Notes under the pieces: model-generated
The model's database searches: none
The model's input: only the letters and a program-made list of their open reading frames with translations
Told to the model about the DNA's origin: nothing
Assembly (NCBI GenBank): GCA_041687875.1
Contig: JBDNJH010000190.1
Location: 1 to 46,020 of the forward strand
Reading direction: 5' to 3'
Length of the DNA: 46,020 nucleotides
Source: Flavobacteriales bacterium
GTDB lineage: Bacteria > Bacteroidota > Bacteroidia > UBA10329
Made by a program: the position numbers and the translations under genes
Shown: positions 44,261 through 46,020 of the stretch, in pieces
Position numbering within the stretch: position 1 is the first letter of the stretch
How the letters are laid out: the number at the start of each line of letters is the position of its first letter

Positions 44261-46020
44261 ATGTCATTGGATGCCAAGATACCAGAAGGTCCCATTAAGG
44301 ATAAATGGACCAACCATAAGAATCACATCAACGTTGTAAATCCTGCCAACAAACGCCACATCGATATTATCGTTGTAGGAACAGGTTTGGCTGGGGGTTC
44401 TGCTTCTGCATCTCTTGCAGAAATGGGATACAACGTAAAGTCGTTCTGCTATCAGGATAGCCCGCGAAGAGCGCACTCGATTGCTGCTCAAGGTGGAATT
44501 AACGCTGCAAAGAATTACCAGAATGATGGCGATTCTACTTACCGTTTGTTCTACGACACGGTAAAAGGTGGCGATTACCGATCAAGAGAAGCGAACGTGT
44601 ACCGTTTGGCGGAGGTTTCTTCCAATATCATTGACCAATGTGTGGCGCAAGGCGTTCCTTTTGCGAGAGATTATGGTGGCCTTTTGGACAACCGTTCGTT
44701 TGGAGGTGTATTGGTTTCAAGAACATTCTACGCTAAAGGACAAACTGGGCAGCAGTTATTGTTAGGCGCTTATTCTGCCATGAACCGCCAGATTGCGAAA
44801 GGAAAAATTGCCATGTACAACCGTCATGAGATGTTGGATGTGGTGTTGGTAAACGGAAAGGCTCGAGGAATCATTGCTCGAAACTTGGTTACTGGCGAAA
44901 TTGAAAGACACTCTGCTCACGCAGTGATTATTGCAGCAGGAGGTTACGGAAACGTGTTCTACCTGAGCACAAACGCAATGGGTTCCAATGTAACCGCTTC
45001 GTGGAAAATCCACAAGAAAGGAGCGTATTTCGCCAATCCTTGCTACACACAAATTCATCCAACGTGTATTCCGCGTTCTGGAGACCATCAGTCTAAATTA
45101 ACGTTGATGTCAGAATCGTTGAGAAACGATGGACGTATTTGGGTTCCTAAAAATTTAGAGGACGCTAAGGCAATCCGCGAAGGAAAGCGCAAGCCAACAG
45201 AGCTAACAGAAGAAAACCGCGACTATTTTTTGGAAAGACGTTACCCAGCATTCGGTAACCTTGTTCCGCGTGATGTGGCTTCAAGAGCAGCGAAAGAGCG
45301 TTGTGATTCTGGGTATGGGGTAAATGCTACAGGCGAAGCTGTTTATCTCGATTTTAGTGCTGCTTTTATGCGCTATGGAACTACGGAAGCGCTCACAAGT
45401 GGCCTTCATAATCCGACTCCAGAACAAATCCGTGCGTTGGGGGAAAAAGTGGTTGAGACCAAGTATGGTAACCTCTTCCAGATGTATGAGAAGATTGTTG
45501 ATCAGAATCCGTACAAAACGCCAATGATGATTTACCCAGCCGTTCACTACACAATGGGTGGTGTTTGGGTTGATTACAACTTGATGACAACCATTCCAGG
45601 TTGTTATTGCGCTGGAGAAGCAAACTTCTCAGATCACGGAGCAAACAGATTAGGAGCTTCGGCTTTGATGCAGGGTTTGGCTGACGGATATTTCGTTCTT
45701 CCTTACACCATTGGCGATTACTTGGCAGACGAAATTCAAACTGGCAAGATTCCAACAAATTCTCCGGAATTTGATGAGGCAGAAAAGGACGTTAAAGAGC
45801 GTCTAGAGAAGCTCGTCAACATTAAGGGAACCAAATCTGTAGATCATTTCCACAAACGATTGGGTAAGATTATGTGGGATAATGTTGGAATGGCACGAAA
45901 TGCCGAAGGCCTAAACGAAGCGATAGCCGAGATTAAGAAAATCCGAGAGGAATTTTGGGCAGATGTTCGTATTCCAGGGGGAGTTAATGAGATGAACTCT
46001 GAGTTGGAGAAGGCAGGCCG
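44261..46020 (+). CDS. sdhA: Succinate dehydrogenase/fumarate reductase flavoprotein subunit (5' 586 codons; runs off the window)
   Basis: Not in the ORF track because no stop falls in the window. ATG at 44261 gives [10 protein letters not shown]..., the FAD motif [27 protein letters not shown], and HYTMGG at 45545-45562. The frame is open to the end. Confidence 0.9.
   Translation, partial: MSLDAKIPEGPIKDKWTNHKNHINVVNPANKRHIDIIVVGTGLAGGSASASLAEMGYNVKSFCYQDSPRRAHSIAAQGGINAAKNYQNDGDSTYRLFYDTVKGGDYRSREANVYRLAEVSSNIIDQCVAQGVPFARDYGGLLDNRSFGGVLVSRTFYAKGQTGQQLLLGAYSAMNRQIAKGKIAMYNRHEMLDVVLVNGKARGIIARNLVTGEIERHSAHAVIIAAGGYGNVFYLSTNAMGSNVTASWKIHKKGAYFANPCYTQIHPTCIPRSGDHQSKLTLMSESLRNDGRIWVPKNLEDAKAIREGKRKPTELTEENRDYFLERRYPAFGNLVPRDVASRAAKERCDSGYGVNATGEAVYLDFSAAFMRYGTTEALTSGLHNPTPEQIRALGEKVVETKYGNLFQMYEKIVDQNPYKTPMMIYPAVHYTMGGVWVDYNLMTTIPGCYCAGEANFSDHGANRLGASALMQGLADGYFVLPYTIGDYLADEIQTGKIPTNSPEFDEAEKDVKERLEKLVNIKGTKSVDHFHKRLGKIMWDNVGMARNAEGLNEAIAEIKKIREEFWADVRIPGGVNEMNSELEKAG

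Noticed and set aside
44264-45758. Minus-strand ORFs 44264-44491, 44762-45088, 45281-45547 and 45393-45758.
   Set aside because: They are antisense to the sdhA frame, which carries unmistakable flavoprotein motifs and is open to the window end.

Overview
This is a densely coding chromosomal window from a Bacteroidota genome, probably Flavobacteriia- or Cytophagia-like. The evidence is T9SS sorting domains, an SprB/SprF-type gene pair, TAnnTTTG -7 boxes and the dut-TPR-DUF4292-M23 gene order. Spot counts of single 60-nt lines give about 43-46% G+C for the backbone. I saw no rRNA, tRNA, CRISPR array, transposase, integrase or recognisable defence gene. All product calls come from motif recognition by eye; no searches were run. 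Housekeeping genes: agmatine-deiminase-family gene, elbB, gatA, tatA, M23/EnvC-like peptidase, DUF4292-like lipoprotein, TPR protein, dut, a Wzx-type flippase, msrC-like GAF protein, alpha/beta hydrolase, class-V aminotransferase, pepP, and sdhC plus a partial sdhA. The accessory content is mainly type IX secretion cargo. (1) A two-gene module at 7906-11570 sits between flippase and dut and looks compositionally foreign. It encodes a beta-helix 'tail-fibre' protein with a self-cleaving chaperone-type domain followed by a type-A CTD, and a beta-propeller protein with a type-B CTD. (2) A co-oriented block at 15002-29676 holds two small type-A cargo genes, an orphan cheR, a 3527-aa adhesin with 40 SprB repeats and an embedded P-domain-like module, and an overlapping PorP/SprF-like gene. 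A compact dialkylresorcinol-type operon (darA-darB-hotdog-ACP, 30126-33029) is preceded by a tiny RHH-like gene with its own terminator. Non-coding oddities are a perfect 21-bp palindrome upstream of the giant gene and an 82-nt imperfect inverted-repeat element upstream of tatA. I found no clear-cut new system. The best candidates for follow-up are the fibre/propeller T9SS module and the cheR-containing adhesin locus.
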